From contig JBBDRO010000001.1 in assembly GCA_040905425.1 (NCBI GenBank), positions 1 through 13,740 on the forward strand: DNA of 13,740 bases. Direction: 5' to 3'. Both the position numbers and the translations under genes were made by a program. The notes beneath the pieces were generated by a model. That model saw nothing but the letters and a program-made list of their open reading frames with translations. It ran no database searches and was not told the DNA's origin. Shown here in pieces: positions 1-7,646 of the stretch (its first letter is position 1; each line of letters starts with the position of its first letter). The stretch comes from Gemmatimonadota bacterium (lineage in GTDB: Bacteria > Gemmatimonadota > Gemmatimonadetes > Longimicrobiales > RSA9).

Positions 1-8
1 CACATACG

Positions 9-198
9 ACGAACGGGGCCCTCAGGAAGTCCGGTGAGAAACCGGCGCGGCCCCGCCACTGTGAGAGGCGCGCGGAGCAATCCGCACACGGCCCGCTCAA
101 CATGCCACTGGGATGCGTCCCGGGAAGGCGAGCGACGCTGCCTCGAGCCAGGAGACCGGTTCCGTTCGTTCCCGATGAGAGCACCTTCGAGGGAAGGT
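9..198 (+). ncRNA. Cobalamin (AdoCbl / class I-type) riboswitch aptamer with P13 kissing hairpin
   Basis: Hallmark motifs in order: AGGAAG-TCCGGTG-AGAA-ACCGG (24-45), GCGGCCCCGCCACTGTGA (47-64), GCCACTGGGA...CGGGAAGGC (104-129) and B12 box GAGCCAGGAGACC (145-157). The closing stem 9-20 (ACGAACGGGGCC) pairs with 158-169 (GGTTCCGTTCGT). A downstream hairpin ACCTTC-GAGG-GAAGGT lies at 183-198. The element sits upstream of a TonB-dependent receptor. Confidence 0.95.
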
Positions 199-241
199 TC
201 GGGTCATGGTCTCCGGCAGTCGTCCGGCCGGCCGCGTCCGT

Positions 242-272
242 CCCGCTTCACCTCCGGTGGGGCGGGCTTTTT
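242..272 (+). terminator. Rho-independent terminator (riboswitch expression platform)
   Basis: 11-bp stem CCCGCTTCACC (242-252) / GGTGGGGCGGG (256-266) with two G-U pairs and loop TCC, followed by CTTTTT. Confidence 0.85.
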
Positions 273-346
273 CGTTGCGCGGACCGACGGACACAGAATT
301 CTGTAAGCGACATTGCCCAGCGGCGCGCCGCGCGATCGCCACGTCC

Positions 347-2695
347 GTGGCGGACGCGGAGCGTCCGGGCCTCGCCCTCCGGCGCCGTTCCGCGCATGCC
401 GCGGGCAGGGGCTGTCCCTGCCGCGCCCTGCTGCGCCGGGCCGCGTACGCGGCGGGCACGGGCTCTCGCAGCCCCTCTCTGCTGCGCCGGACCGGGTGCG
501 CGCTACTGCTCGCCGTCCTCCTCGCCGGTGCGCTGCCGGTCTCCGCCCAGCACCCCGGCTCCCTCACCGGCCGGATCACCGACGCCGCCACTGGCGCGCC
601 CCTGGAGGGCGCCCAGGTGCGCGTGGTACGAGCGGGCCTCTCCGCCACCACCGATGCCGCGGGACGCTACCGCTTCCGCGCGCTGGAGCCGGGCACGCAC
701 ACCCTCACGGTGGAACGCCTGGGCTACGCCGGCACGCATGCGGGCGTACGCGTGGACAACGGCCGCGAGAGCCGTCTCGACCTGAGCCTGGAGCCCCGGG
801 CCATCGAGCTGGGCCATGTGACCGGCGCACACACCGCCGGGAGCGGCGCTCTGCACCTGGAGCGCGCCGCCATCGCCGCTTCGGGCGCCCGCAGCGCGGG
901 GGACGCGCTGGCGCTGCTGCCGGGCGTGGTGCTCCGGCGCTCGGGCCCCGGCGGCGCCCAGACCGTCTCCCTGCGCGGTGTCGGCGCGGACGCGGTGCTC
1001 GTCCTGCTGGACGGCCTGCCCCTGAACGACGCCGTGACGGGGGAGGCCGATCTGTCATCCCTGCCCGCCGCCAGCCTGGCCTCCATCACCGTCCTCCCCG
1101 GGGCGCGCTCGGCCCGCTACGGGCCCCGTGCGGCGGGCGGCGTGGTGCTGCTCGAGACGCGGGCGGCGGGTGGCGAGCGCACGCTCAGCGCCGCGCTCGG
1201 CTCGCTGGGGGAGCAGAGCGGCGCGCTGGTGTGGAGCGGCGGTGGCGGGCCTGACGCGCTCTCCTGGAGCGCCGGCGCCAGCGGCCGCAGCGTGGACGGC
1301 AACTTTGGCTACGAGCGGCCCGCCGGCCTCGGCGGCGGCGGCGCCGAGCGCACCAATGCGGATCGCGCCGGCGGCGACGCGTGGCTGGCGCTCGGCGCGG
1401 AGGCTGCCGGCGCGCCGCTCCGGCTGCGCGCGCGCTGGGAGGCGCTCGAGCGGGGGCTGCCGGGTCCTTCCTTCGCACCGTCCCGGCACGCCCGCCAGCG
1501 CACGGGCAGAGTGCAGGCCTCCGCGGGTTGGCGCCGTACCGGACCCGCCTCCTCACTGGACCTGCGCCTGGCCGCCGCTCGCCAGACCGTGCGCTTCCGC
1601 GACGCTGCCCCGCCGCTCGGTCTACCCTACGACGACAGCGCCACCGTCAGCCAGCTCGACGCCCGGTTCGAGCGCGCATGGCGCCTCCCCCTCGCTGCCG
1701 GCCCACGCGAGGGCGAGGTCGGCGATGGCTCCCGGCCGGCGCCGGCCAACGCTGCCGTCCTGGAGCTCAGCGTGGGCGCGGAAGGCCGCCCGCAGTGGTT
1801 TCGCGCCTCGCGGCTGGACGCGCCCGGCCGACGTGTGGACGCCGGCATGTTCGCTCACGGCGCCACGACGTTGACGGCGGCGGGCGTGCCGCTTCACCTG
1901 TCGCTGGCGGGGCGCCTGGACCGGGACCCCGTGGGCGGCGGGGCGGCAGCCACGCACGCGTTGAGCGTGGCGACCGGTGCGGGTCCGCTATCCCTCCACG
2001 CGGCCCACAGGAGCGCCTACAGTCCACCGTCGCTGGCCGACCAGTTTTTCCGCGCGGGTGTGGGGGTGGAGCCCAACCCCGCGCTCGACGCCGAGCGCGT
2101 GCCGGGGGAGGTGGAGGTCGGCGCGAGCGCGCGTGGGACGATCGCGGGCGCCGCGGCTTCCATCCACGGCGTGGTGTACCGCGGAGACACCCGCGGCATG
2201 ATCGTGTGGCGTCCCGACTTCCGCTTCGTCTGGAGCCCGGCCAACGTGGACGTACGGCGGCGCGGCGGCGAGGTGCGCGGCCAGGCAAGCTGGGCCACGC
2301 TGCGGCTGGCGGCATGGCACGCCTGGAGCACGGTGGAGCATGACCGCCCCGACCGGGCGCCGGTGGTCTACCGCCCTGGGCGCACGGGCGCGCTGGAAGG
2401 CCGCTGGCACGCCGGGCCGTGGCGGGTGGACGCCACCGCCCGCTACACGGGCGAGCGCTTCCCCTTCCCCACCCGCGTGAACCGCCTGGCGCCGTTCTGG
2501 ACCGTGGACGCCGGGGCCGCGCGCGTGATGCGCGTGGCGGACTGGTTCCTCACGGCCACGCTGCGCGCCGAGCGGCTCCTCGACCAGCGGGAGACCCTCA
2601 TCTTCGGCTTCCCCGAACCCGGGCGAACGCTCCGCCTGGAACTTCATCTGTCCGCTGACACACCCACGTCACCAACCCGAGGATCCCAGCCATGA
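347..2695 (+). CDS. btuB: TonB-dependent outer-membrane receptor, probable cobalamin transporter (BtuB-like), with N-terminal carboxypeptidase-regulatory-like domain
   Basis: Signal peptide (CALLLAVLLAGALPVSA|Q), N-terminal GSLTGRITDAATGAPLEGAQV...TDAAGRY domain, plug motifs SLRG...VLVLLDGLPLND...SARYG..AAGGVV, and barrel motifs NPALDAE and PGRTLRLELHL. Substrate is inferred from the riboswitch. The start is uncertain: ATG 206 lies upstream of the terminator, GTG 347 is the first in-frame canonical start after it, and CTG 428/479 are alternatives. Confidence 0.88.
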   Translation: MADAERPGLALRRRSAHAAGRGCPCRALLRRAAYAAGTGSRSPSLLRRTGCALLLAVLLAGALPVSAQHPGSLTGRITDAATGAPLEGAQVRVVRAGLSATTDAAGRYRFRALEPGTHTLTVERLGYAGTHAGVRVDNGRESRLDLSLEPRAIELGHVTGAHTAGSGALHLERAAIAASGARSAGDALALLPGVVLRRSGPGGAQTVSLRGVGADAVLVLLDGLPLNDAVTGEADLSSLPAASLASITVLPGARSARYGPRAAGGVVLLETRAAGGERTLSAALGSLGEQSGALVWSGGGGPDALSWSAGASGRSVDGNFGYERPAGLGGGGAERTNADRAGGDAWLALGAEAAGAPLRLRARWEALERGLPGPSFAPSRHARQRTGRVQASAGWRRTGPASSLDLRLAAARQTVRFRDAAPPLGLPYDDSATVSQLDARFERAWRLPLAAGPREGEVGDGSRPAPANAAVLELSVGAEGRPQWFRASRLDAPGRRVDAGMFAHGATTLTAAGVPLHLSLAGRLDRDPVGGGAAATHALSVATGAGPLSLHAAHRSAYSPPSLADQFFRAGVGVEPNPALDAERVPGEVEVGASARGTIAGAAASIHGVVYRGDTRGMIVWRPDFRFVWSPANVDVRRRGGEVRGQASWATLRLAAWHAWSTVEHDRPDRAPVVYRPGRTGALEGRWHAGPWRVDATARYTGERFPFPTRVNRLAPFWTVDAGAARVMRVADWFLTATLRAERLLDQRETLIFGFPEPGRTLRLELHLSADTPTSPTRGSQP
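377..502 (+). repeat. Degenerate 51-nt tandem repeat (about 2.5 copies)
   Basis: Units start at 377, 428 and 479. By manual alignment units 1 and 2 match at 37/51 nt, and the first 24 nt of units 2 and 3 match at 21/24 (CTGCTGCGCCGGgCCGcGTaCGCG vs CTGCTGCGCCGGaCCGgGTgCGCG). Confidence 0.65.
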
Positions 2696-3732
2696 AACAC
2701 GCCGCCGCACTGCTCTGCCTGGCCACGCTCCCGCTCTCCGCTTGCGGGGACGGCGGCCTGACCTCCGTCATTCCCGAGCCGACGTTCGATGCGGCGCTGC
2801 TCGTGAACAGCATCGACAATTCACTCAGCGTGCTGCCGCTGGACGAGGACGAGGGCCAGGCGTTCACGGTGGGGCTGGGGCCGTCCGGCTCCCCGGTGAC
2901 GCTGGCGGCGCGCGGCGAGTTGGTGGTGGTACCCCTCGGCGGGACGCCGGCGCTGGCGGTGGTGGATCTGGCGGAGCGCGCCCTGGCCCGCACCGTGGCG
3001 CTGCCGGAGAATTCGGGCGCCACCGGCGCGGCCTTCCTGGACGATAGCACGGTGGTCGTGGCCCATTCGAACCTGAACAGCGTGTCCGTGGTGAACGTGC
3101 TGCGCGGCACGGTGGGGACGCCGATCGCCGTTGGCCAGTTCCCCCAGCGAGTGCTGGCCGCCAACGACACCGTCTGGGTCGTGAACGCGGAGCTGGTCGA
3201 TTTTCAGCCCACGGGGCCCGGCACCATCAGCGTGCTGACGGGGAGCCCGCTGGCGGTCGTGCGCACCATCCAACTGGGCGCCGTCAATCCGGGTGGCGCC
3301 GCCCTGAGCCACAGCGCGCTGTACGTGGTCGGGGCCGGCAGCTTCGGCGGCAACGACGGCTCGCTCTCCACGGTGCACCGGGGCACGGGGGAGGAGACGC
3401 GCCACGACCCGGGCTTCGGGGAGTTTCCCGGCGCCGTGGCCCTCCTGCCGGACGGCACGCTGGCGGTATCCTCCTTCAGCTATGGCATGGCCGTGTGGAA
3501 CCCGGCCACGGGCACGTTCGTACATGCGCCCACCGACCCGGTGCGTCCGGGCGGCGCCACCGCCATCGCCGGGCTGGGGGTGGCCCCCGACGGGCGGCTC
3601 TGGGCCGTGGAGGGGCAGTGCGGCCAACCTGGCAGGGCTTTCATCCTGGACAGCGGGTCCCTGGCGGTGTTGCGGACGGTGACCGTGGGGACCTGCCCCT
3701 TCGGGGTGGTCTTTGCCGAGGTGCCGGAATAA
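2692..3732 (+). CDS. Beta-propeller lipoprotein, YncE/YVTN-like; probable BtuG-like cobalamin-capture protein
   Basis: Lipobox LSA|C at the end of a hydrophobic signal peptide. Repeated blade motifs (VNSIDNSLSVL, VAHSNLNSVSVVNV, IAVGQFP, TVTVGTCPFGV). ATGA overlap with the receptor stop at 2692-2695. Confidence 0.8.
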   Translation: MKHAAALLCLATLPLSACGDGGLTSVIPEPTFDAALLVNSIDNSLSVLPLDEDEGQAFTVGLGPSGSPVTLAARGELVVVPLGGTPALAVVDLAERALARTVALPENSGATGAAFLDDSTVVVAHSNLNSVSVVNVLRGTVGTPIAVGQFPQRVLAANDTVWVVNAELVDFQPTGPGTISVLTGSPLAVVRTIQLGAVNPGGAALSHSALYVVGAGSFGGNDGSLSTVHRGTGEETRHDPGFGEFPGAVALLPDGTLAVSSFSYGMAVWNPATGTFVHAPTDPVRPGGATAIAGLGVAPDGRLWAVEGQCGQPGRAFILDSGSLAVLRTVTVGTCPFGVVFAEVPE

Positions 3733-3742
3733 CACGCGGTCC

Positions 3743-3774
3743 TTGACAACCCTGGCGCCGGGGGGAGGTATTGG
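3743..3774 (+). promoter_or_regulatory. Possible promoter for the SnoaL-like gene
   Basis: Perfect TTGACA at 3743-3748 in intergenic DNA. The -10 candidate (GGTATT/TATTGG) is poor. Confidence 0.35.
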
Positions 3775-3811
3775 CCCCGGACACCCTGTTCCCGCCTCCT
3801 GGAGAAAATCC

Positions 3812-4312
3812 ATGAAACGACCCGTCGGCCTGCTCGTCCCGCTGACCCTATTCGTCCTCGGCGCCTGCGCGGCGGAGCCCGACGCGGACGCCGCTCTGGA
3901 TCAGGCCACCACGATGGTGGATCTGGCCGCGGAGGAGCAGGCCATCCGCGACCGGGTGGCCGCCTGGCAGGACGCGGCCAACGAGTCCCCCGAGGCGTTC
4001 GCCGCCTTCTACGCCAGTGACGGGGTGCTCATGCCGCCCAACGGGCCGGCGGCCGAGGGACCGGCGGCCATTGCCGAAGCCATGGGGCCGATGTTCGAGA
4101 CGGTGGAGGAGATTGCCTTCGAGGTGGTGGACATCACCTTCGCGGAAAGCGGTGAGCTGGCCGTGGAGCGGGGGCGCTACACGCTGGCCGGCACCCTGCC
4201 GGACGGCACCAGCTTCGATGACGCGGGCAGCTACCTGGTGGCGTGGCAGAAGCAGGACGGAGCCTGGATGGTGCTCTACGACATCTTCAACAGCGACCGG
4301 CCCGCGCAGTAG
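3812..4312 (+). CDS. SnoaL-like / DUF4440 (NTF2-fold) lipoprotein, 166 aa
   Basis: SD GGAG at 3801-3804, ATG 3812, lipobox LGA|C. NTF2-like motifs FYASDGVLMPPNGP..EG..AI and GSYLVAWQKQDGAWMVLYDIFNSD. Confidence 0.85.
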   Translation: MKRPVGLLVPLTLFVLGACAAEPDADAALDQATTMVDLAAEEQAIRDRVAAWQDAANESPEAFAAFYASDGVLMPPNGPAAEGPAAIAEAMGPMFETVEEIAFEVVDITFAESGELAVERGRYTLAGTLPDGTSFDDAGSYLVAWQKQDGAWMVLYDIFNSDRPAQ

Positions 4313-4322
4313 GACGTAGCCG

Positions 4323-6068
4323 TCAGCGTGTGATGGTCTCCACCACCGCCCGGGTCCGCGCCGTGTCCTCCAGGCGCAGGATTCGGGCGGTGCGCGCGGG
4401 GCGCCAGGTCAGCGGCACCACCGTACCACCGCGGTACACCTCCACGATGGCGTCCTGGGTGGGATCGCCCGGGAAAAAGCTGGTCCCGCCCGTGAGCCGG
4501 TCTCCCACCTCGAGCCCCGCCGCCTCAGCCGGGGAGCCCGGCCGGACCGCGCTCACCACGGCGTCCTCGATGATGTCGGGTGCGGCCGTGAAGCCCAGAT
4601 CGAAGACGGTGCCCTCCGTACTCGTGCAGTCCAGGCGCAGCGTGGCGCACATGGACTCGAACGGGAGGGGCTCCGCACCCCTGGCGTAGGCGTCGTACCA
4701 GGCGCGCTCGTCCCGGCCGGTCACCTCCTCCAGGGCACGCAGGAGCATGGCGTCATCGTAGAGCGGCCCGCGGGCCTCATCCGGGCGCAGCGCCCTGCGC
4801 AGCCACGCGTCGATGCCCGCCTGGCCATCCGTGGCCTCCCGGATGCGCAGGTCGGTGAGGAAGCCCAGCAGAAAGCCCTTCACGTAGGGCAGCTGGCGGT
4901 ACTCCTCGGCGTCCCAGTAGTGCTCCGCCAGCACCGCGGCGGTGGCCGTATGAGCCACCGGGTTGGACGTGTACTCCAGCAGGGCCTGATTCAGCTCCGC
5001 TATGAAGACGGGGGCATCCACGAAGCCCTCGCGCAGGAGCGTGCGCCGCGCCACGTATTCCGTCATGCCCTCCTGGAACCACTTGTACCAGCCCTCCGCC
5101 ACGGTGGTGTCGGGGCGCGCGTGCGTGCCGTTCCAGAAATGGAAGAGCTCATGCGCCACCAGGCGGAGCGTTACCGCGCCACCCTCGGCCAGCCCCCGGT
5201 CCGGGTCGGGGTAGAGCACCATCACGGTTCCCTCCACGGTGCCACCGTGCACGCTGGCCGAGCCATCCTCGAGGATGAAGGTAGGGCTCACGGGCAGGAG
5301 TCCCGCCATGGCGCCGGCCTGCGACTCCGCCACACCCGCCACGGCCCCCATGAACGCCTCGTGCGTGAAGGCCCGCGCCCCGGGACGCAGGATGAAGTGC
5401 AGCGGCTGTCCGGCCGCACGCACCGTGGCCGTGTCCCACGCGCCGGCCAGGAGCACCAGGCGCGGCAGCGCCCGGAAGCGCCCCACCACCCCCGACTCCG
5501 CGCCCACCAGGCGCGGCGGCTCGCTCCACGCGCCCGAGCCCAGACTCACGATCACGGGATCGTTGCCCACCCCATCGGGGCGCAGCACCCACGTGTGGCC
5601 CCAGGCCAGGGCGTGGTCATCGAGCAGCGTGGGCCGGAAGACGTCGGCGCGGCCACGCCCCACGAAGTCAGACTTGGCAGAGCGGACCATCCAGCGCACC
5701 GCCAACCGCCCACGGGTAAACCGCGGCGGCACCATCCAGGAACCGTCCTGGCTGCGGCTGCCCGCCTCCCACGATCCGTCGGGCGCGAGCACGGCCACGG
5801 AATCCACGCCCGCGGAAAAATCGAGTCCGGCCCACGGCGGCAGGCGGAGCACCACCCCGCCCGTGGCGTCGGCGGCCGTGCGGATGCGGGCCCCACGCGG
5901 TGCCAGGAACACCGCCTCCGCCCGCAGCACGCCCGGCTCCAGCCGCACCCCCACCGCGTGGGCCGGCACCTGCCCCGGCCGCGGCTGCCCGCGCTGGGCG
6001 GCGGCCGGGCGGACCAGCTCGGGCGCCAGGAGCGCCAGCAGGACGAGCGGCAGGACGCGTGTGCTCAG
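4323..6068 (-). CDS. Secreted M61-like (gluzincin) metallopeptidase with C-terminal PDZ domain, divergent; probable CTG start
   Basis: HELFH zinc motif, downstream WFQEGMTEY, PYVKG, and PDZ motif VRPGSPAEAAGLEVGD. The frame is open upstream of GTG 5969 through a signal peptide (STRVLPLVLLALLAPELVRPAAA|Q) to CTG 6068, which has GGAG 7 nt upstream. Confidence 0.85.
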   Translation of the reverse strand: MSTRVLPLVLLALLAPELVRPAAAQRGQPRPGQVPAHAVGVRLEPGVLRAEAVFLAPRGARIRTAADATGGVVLRLPPWAGLDFSAGVDSVAVLAPDGSWEAGSRSQDGSWMVPPRFTRGRLAVRWMVRSAKSDFVGRGRADVFRPTLLDDHALAWGHTWVLRPDGVGNDPVIVSLGSGAWSEPPRLVGAESGVVGRFRALPRLVLLAGAWDTATVRAAGQPLHFILRPGARAFTHEAFMGAVAGVAESQAGAMAGLLPVSPTFILEDGSASVHGGTVEGTVMVLYPDPDRGLAEGGAVTLRLVAHELFHFWNGTHARPDTTVAEGWYKWFQEGMTEYVARRTLLREGFVDAPVFIAELNQALLEYTSNPVAHTATAAVLAEHYWDAEEYRQLPYVKGFLLGFLTDLRIREATDGQAGIDAWLRRALRPDEARGPLYDDAMLLRALEEVTGRDERAWYDAYARGAEPLPFESMCATLRLDCTSTEGTVFDLGFTAAPDIIEDAVVSAVRPGSPAEAAGLEVGDRLTGGTSFFPGDPTQDAIVEVYRGGTVVPLTWRPARTARILRLEDTARTRAVVETITR

Positions 6069-7477
6069 AGGGCGGCTCCGGCAAGGGCGAACGCCACCAC
6101 CGCCACGCCCCCGCCGATCAGGGCATAGGGCAGCTGGGTGCGCACGTGGTCGATGTGGTCCGTGGCGGCGGCCATGGAGGAGATGATGGTGGTGTCACTG
6201 ATGGGACTGGAGTGATCACCGAAGATGCCCCCGGAGAGGGATGCCGCCACGAACGGCGCCAGGGGCAGCCCCATGGACTCGGCGGCGGGCACGGCAATGG
6301 GAATCATGATGGCAAAGGTCCCCCAACTGGTGCCGGTCGAGAACGCGATGGCGGCCGCCGTGAGGAAGACCAGGGGCAGAAAGACGAACGGCGGCATCAG
6401 CCCCGAGGTCACCTCCGCAATATAGACGCCCGTGCCCAGCTCCTGGGTCACCGCACCCAGCGCCAGCGCCAGCAGGAGCACCAGCGCCAGCGGCACCAGG
6501 CCGCCGGCGCCCTTCAGGCCGGTGCGCACCAGGTCGTCCACCGAGAACGCGCGCTGCGCCTTGAGGAGAATCCACGCGGCGCCCAGCCCCGTGAGGACGG
6601 CCCACAGCACGCTGGTGGAGCCGGAGCCCGCACGGATGTCCCCACCGCCGGTGATGTAGAGGTAGACCGGCATGCTGACCACCATAAGCGCGATGGGGGC
6701 AATCATGTTGAGCGCGCGCGGCGGGATGCTCCCGCTGGCGGGCGGTGAGATGATGTCGGGGTCCACCATGGGCTTGGCGTCGGGCCAGAGGAGCTGGCCG
6801 CCCCGGGTGCGCGCCTCCGCCTTCTTCATGGGGCCCAGGTCGATGCGGAAGATCACCGTGGCCAGCGCCAGAAACAGGGCCGCGATGGCGTAGAAGTTCA
6901 GCGGGATGGATTCCAGGAACACCACCAGCGGGCGCTCCACGCCCAGCCCGCCCAGGATACCCAGCACGAACGCGCCCCAGGCGTTCAACGGAATGAGAAT
7001 GCAGACGGCGGCGGATGTGGAGTCGATGATGTAGGCCAGCTTCTCTCGCGACACCCGGAAGCGGTCGAAGAGCGGCCGGCCGATGGAGCCCGCCACGAGC
7101 ACGGTGATGTTGGACTCGATGAAGATCACCACGCCCACGATCCACGCCAGCAGCTCCGCCCGGCGCGGCGTGGCCACCCAGTTGCGTTCCTCCAAGCGAT
7201 CCACGAAACCCCGCACACCGCCGGATACCTCGATGGTGGCAATGAGGGCGCCGATCACCAGGGTGAACATGATGACGCTGGCGTTCCCGGGGTCCCCCAG
7301 GACGGCCACCAGGGCGTCGATGGAGCGCGCCATGCCCGCGAAGGGGTTCCAGCCGCTCAGCATGGTCCACCCCAGCAGGAGCCCGCCCGCCAGCGCCAGG
7401 TAGACCTGCCGCGTCCAGATGGCCAGCACGATGGCCAGCACGGGCGGCAGAACGGAGATCCAGGTGGGATCGGCCAT
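6065..7477 (-). CDS. NhaC-family Na+/H+ antiporter or amino-acid transporter (470 aa)
   Basis: Polytopic hydrophobic protein with family motifs WISVLPPVLAI, SREKLAYIIDSTSA, FSTGTSWGTFAIMIPIA, GDHSSPISDTTIISS and HIDHVRTQLPYA. Start placed at ATG 7477 (MADPTW). Confidence 0.92.
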   Translation of the reverse strand: MADPTWISVLPPVLAIVLAIWTRQVYLALAGGLLLGWTMLSGWNPFAGMARSIDALVAVLGDPGNASVIMFTLVIGALIATIEVSGGVRGFVDRLEERNWVATPRRAELLAWIVGVVIFIESNITVLVAGSIGRPLFDRFRVSREKLAYIIDSTSAAVCILIPLNAWGAFVLGILGGLGVERPLVVFLESIPLNFYAIAALFLALATVIFRIDLGPMKKAEARTRGGQLLWPDAKPMVDPDIISPPASGSIPPRALNMIAPIALMVVSMPVYLYITGGGDIRAGSGSTSVLWAVLTGLGAAWILLKAQRAFSVDDLVRTGLKGAGGLVPLALVLLLALALGAVTQELGTGVYIAEVTSGLMPPFVFLPLVFLTAAAIAFSTGTSWGTFAIMIPIAVPAAESMGLPLAPFVAASLSGGIFGDHSSPISDTTIISSMAAATDHIDHVRTQLPYALIGGGVAVVAFALAGAAL

Positions 7478-7546
7478 GGCGCAGTCGCGGTTCGGGATCG
7501 GTTGCGGGCGGGGACGCTCCCCCGTTCGTGGCGTGGGGGAACTGCC

Positions 7547-7575
7547 AAGATAAGGCCGCGGCGGCGTCACGCCAG
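7547..7575 (-). promoter_or_regulatory. Putative sigma70 promoter of the NhaC-M61 operon
   Basis: TATCTT -10 (minus strand 7552-7547) in an otherwise GC-rich region. Weak -35 CTGGCG 17 nt upstream. Confidence 0.4.
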
Positions 7576-7646
7576 CCGCATGGGCTGTTCCATGGCCGGC
7601 CGCACGCGCTGCCCCATGGTCCGCCGGACGCGCTGTCCCACGATCG
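7575..7646. repeat. 24-nt tandem repeat, 3 degenerate copies, intergenic
   Basis: GCCGCATGGGCTGTTCCATGGCCG (7575), GCCGCACGCGCTGCCCCATGGTCC (7599), GCCGGACGCGCTGTCCCACGATCG (7623). Confidence 0.75.

Noticed and set aside
34..306. 90-aa ORF across the riboswitch as a leader peptide
   Set aside because: It overlaps conserved RNA motifs, has no SD, and is explained by stop-codon scarcity in GC-rich DNA.
206..346. ATG 206 start of the 829-aa receptor ORF
   Set aside because: It lies inside the riboswitch expression platform upstream of the terminator, and the translation there is not protein-like.
313..2343. Long alternative-frame ORFs (313-1254, 1128-1874, 1381-2343) inside the receptor
   Set aside because: Arg/Pro/Ala-rich shadow frames typical of high-GC coding DNA.
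3713..3811. N-terminal extension of the SnoaL-like ORF
   Set aside because: The SD and lipoprotein signal peptide fit ATG 3812.
7575..7646. 24-nt repeats as a mini CRISPR array, or ORF 7502-7936 as a real Cys-repeat protein
   Set aside because: The repeats are directly adjacent with no spacers and no cas genes are present. The ORF has no SD, atypical composition, and overlaps the next gene.
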